NCBI GenBank assembly: GCA_964416245.1 | Contig: CAYQDG010000003.1 | Location: forward strand, 1-33,391 | Length of the DNA: 33,391 nucleotides | Source: Candidatus Woesearchaeota archaeon | GTDB taxonomy: Archaea; Nanobdellota; Nanobdellia; Pacearchaeales; GW2011-AR1 | Direction: 5' to 3' | In this document: in pieces, positions 31,890 to 33,391 of the stretch | Position numbering within the stretch: position 1 is the first letter of the stretch | Layout of the letters: every line of letters starts with the position of its first letter | Position numbers and translations under genes: made by a program | Notes under the pieces: model-generated | What the model was told of the DNA's origin: nothing | The model's input: only the letters and a program-made list of their open reading frames with translations | Database searches by the model: none

Positions 31890-33391
31890 ATGGATAAATT
31901 ATTAGAATCTTTGAGTCCTAATGAAAGGAAAGTTTTGCCTCATTTGAATGGGAAGTTATCTGAGATTTGTAAAAAGTCAAATTTAGATAAAGTTTCTGTT
32001 TTAAGGGCTCTTGAATATTTGCAGAATAAAGAAATAATTGAATTGGAGACTGAAAAGAAAAAAATAATTGATGTTGGAGTTAATGGTGCTTTGTATAAAC
32101 GAAAAGGTTTACCTGAAAGAAGGCTTTTAATTGCGCTTGATAAAAAAAGAATAATTCCAATAAAAAATATTCAAAGTGAAGCTGGTTTATCTGGTGATGA
32201 GTTTAAGGCTTCTCTTGGAGCTTTAAAGAAAAAAGCCTTGATAGAATTAAAAAATGGAAAGGTTGTTTTAAATGCAAGCAAAGAAGAAATTGCAAAAAAA
32301 ACCTTGGAAGAATTATTTTTGGAGTCTTTACCTCTTGAATTTGATAAGATGACTCCTGAACAACAATTTGCACTTAAAGAATTTCAAAAAAGAAAAAATA
32401 TAATTGAGATTGAGGAAGAAAAAAAGATTGAAATCAAGATTACTTCTTTAGGAAAAAAAGTTATGAATTCTAAAGATTTGGACAAGGAATTAATCGAACA
32501 AATAAATCCTGAAATCTTGAAAAGTGAAAAGAATTGGAAGGGTAAAAAGTTTAGAAGATATGATTTGAATTTGCCGGTTCCTCATATTGATGGAGGTAAA
32601 AGACATTTTGTTAATTCTGCAATTGATAATGCTAGAAAAATTTGGACTGAGATGGGTTTTGAGGAAATGTCGGGAAATTTTGTTCAAACAAGTTTTTGGA
32701 ATTTTGATGCATTGTTTACAGCTCAAGATCATCCGGTTAGAGAAATGCAGGATACTTTTTTTATTGATAAAATTGGAGAGTTGCCTGATAAAAAAATCGT
32801 TCAAAGAGTTAAAGATACTCACGAAAAAGGAATTGACGGATCTAAGGGTTGGGGGTATGATTGGAATGAAGAAGATGCAAAGAAATTTTGTTTGAGAACT
32901 CATACGACTTGTTTGTCTGCTTTTACTATTTCAAATTTGAAAAAAGAGGATTTACCTAAAAAATATTTTTCAATTGGGAAATGCTTTAGGAATGAAACTA
33001 TTGATTGGTCACATGGTTTTGAGTTTTATCAGTCTGAGGGAATTGTTGTTGCTGAAGGAGTTACTTTGAGGCATTTGTTGGGTTATTTGAAGCAATTTTA
33101 TTCTAAGATGGGATTTGATAAAATTAGATTTAGGCCTGCATATTTTCCTTATACTGAGCCTTCAGTGGAAGTAGATGCCTGGCATCCAGAAAAAAAGGTT
33201 TGGTTGGAATTGGGTGGGGCTGGAATTTTTAGGCCAGAAATTTCTGTCACTTTATTGGGAGAGAATATTCCTATTTTGGCTTGGGGACAGGGGTTTGATA
33301 GAATTATCATGGATTATTATAAAATAAAAGATTTGAGAGAATTATATAAAAACGATATTAATCAATTAAGAAAGATGAAAGGTTGGTTGAA
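31890..33391 (+). CDS. pheS: Phenylalanine--tRNA ligase alpha subunit, archaeal type (3' end truncated by the window edge)
   Basis: My own translation gives MDKLLESLSPNERKVLPHL... (winged-helix repeats), then HPVREMQDTFF, LRTHTTCLS, FSIGKCFRNE, EFYQSEGIVV, YFPYTEPSVEV and GAGIFRPE. The frame is open to 33391. ATG 31890 is preferred over 31884 because tttttaat at 31861-31868 sits at -29..-22. Confidence 0.9.
   Translation, partial: MDKLLESLSPNERKVLPHLNGKLSEICKKSNLDKVSVLRALEYLQNKEIIELETEKKKIIDVGVNGALYKRKGLPERRLLIALDKKRIIPIKNIQSEAGLSGDEFKASLGALKKKALIELKNGKVVLNASKEEIAKKTLEELFLESLPLEFDKMTPEQQFALKEFQKRKNIIEIEEEKKIEIKITSLGKKVMNSKDLDKELIEQINPEILKSEKNWKGKKFRRYDLNLPVPHIDGGKRHFVNSAIDNARKIWTEMGFEEMSGNFVQTSFWNFDALFTAQDHPVREMQDTFFIDKIGELPDKKIVQRVKDTHEKGIDGSKGWGYDWNEEDAKKFCLRTHTTCLSAFTISNLKKEDLPKKYFSIGKCFRNETIDWSHGFEFYQSEGIVVAEGVTLRHLLGYLKQFYSKMGFDKIRFRPAYFPYTEPSVEVDAWHPEKKVWLELGGAGIFRPEISVTLLGENIPILAWGQGFDRIIMDYYKIKDLRELYKNDINQLRKMKGWL

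Noticed and set aside
32490-32903. 137-aa minus-strand and 102-aa plus-strand ORFs from the track.
   Set aside because: Both lie inside the unambiguous pheS-alpha reading frame (31890 onward), which the track omitted only because it has no stop in the window.
1-33391. Search for CRISPR arrays, rRNA, complete tRNAs, integrases or transposases, and long dispersed repeats.
   Set aside because: No regularly spaced direct repeats were seen, and no G+C-rich cloverleaf-sized islands other than the 665-728 hairpins and the window edge. No recombinase motifs appear in any ORF. The reading was by eye, so short or diverged elements could be missed.

Overview
This is an AT-rich, very gene-dense window. 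In 60-nt samples I counted 16-18 G+C in typical genes. The housekeeping backbone is clearly archaeal. It includes four aminoacyl-tRNA synthetases: GlyRS (10305-11741), ThrRS with the archaea-specific N-terminal editing domain (12898-14601), TrpRS (15468-16580), and archaeal PheRS alpha (31890 to the window edge, absent from the ORF track because it is open-ended). It also includes Elp3, a circularly permuted ribosome-biogenesis GTPase, archaeal UMP kinase, an Rpp30-like RNase P protein, LemA-HtpX, two GT-B glycosyltransferases, and a 55-aa ferredoxin the ORF track missed (22079-22246). The short proteins, reduced domain architectures and composition suggest a small-genome (DPANN-like) archaeon; that taxonomic call is inference only. 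I found no rRNA, complete tRNA, CRISPR array, integrase or transposase. TAA, TAG and TGA all end well-conserved genes, so the code is standard. Nearly every transcription unit has a TATA-like octamer at -29..-22 from the ATG, implying leaderless mRNAs. I used this spacing to re-curate several starts (3548, 7005, 14697, 25234, 28978, 31890). The observations most worth a second look are:
- A receptor-like membrane protein whose cytoplasmic domain looks like a catalytically dead class III cyclase domain (16682-18775).
- A PEP-synthase-like protein that lacks the phosphohistidine swivel domain and has substituted catalytic residues (22289-24682).
- A protein carrying only the N-terminal domain of FlaI/GspE secretion ATPases, with no ATPase domain (25234-25950).
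- A type IV pilin-like protein with a cysteine-rich repeat head (30508-31779).
- A bacterial-type Amidase_3 peptidoglycan amidase with a dockerin/EF-hand-like insert (14697-15497).
- A promoter-plus-terminator-bounded candidate sRNA made of three UUCG-capped hairpins (656-759).
- A 117-nt element bounded by inverted repeats and flanked by direct repeats (3361-3497).
All family assignments are motif recognition by eye. No search was run.
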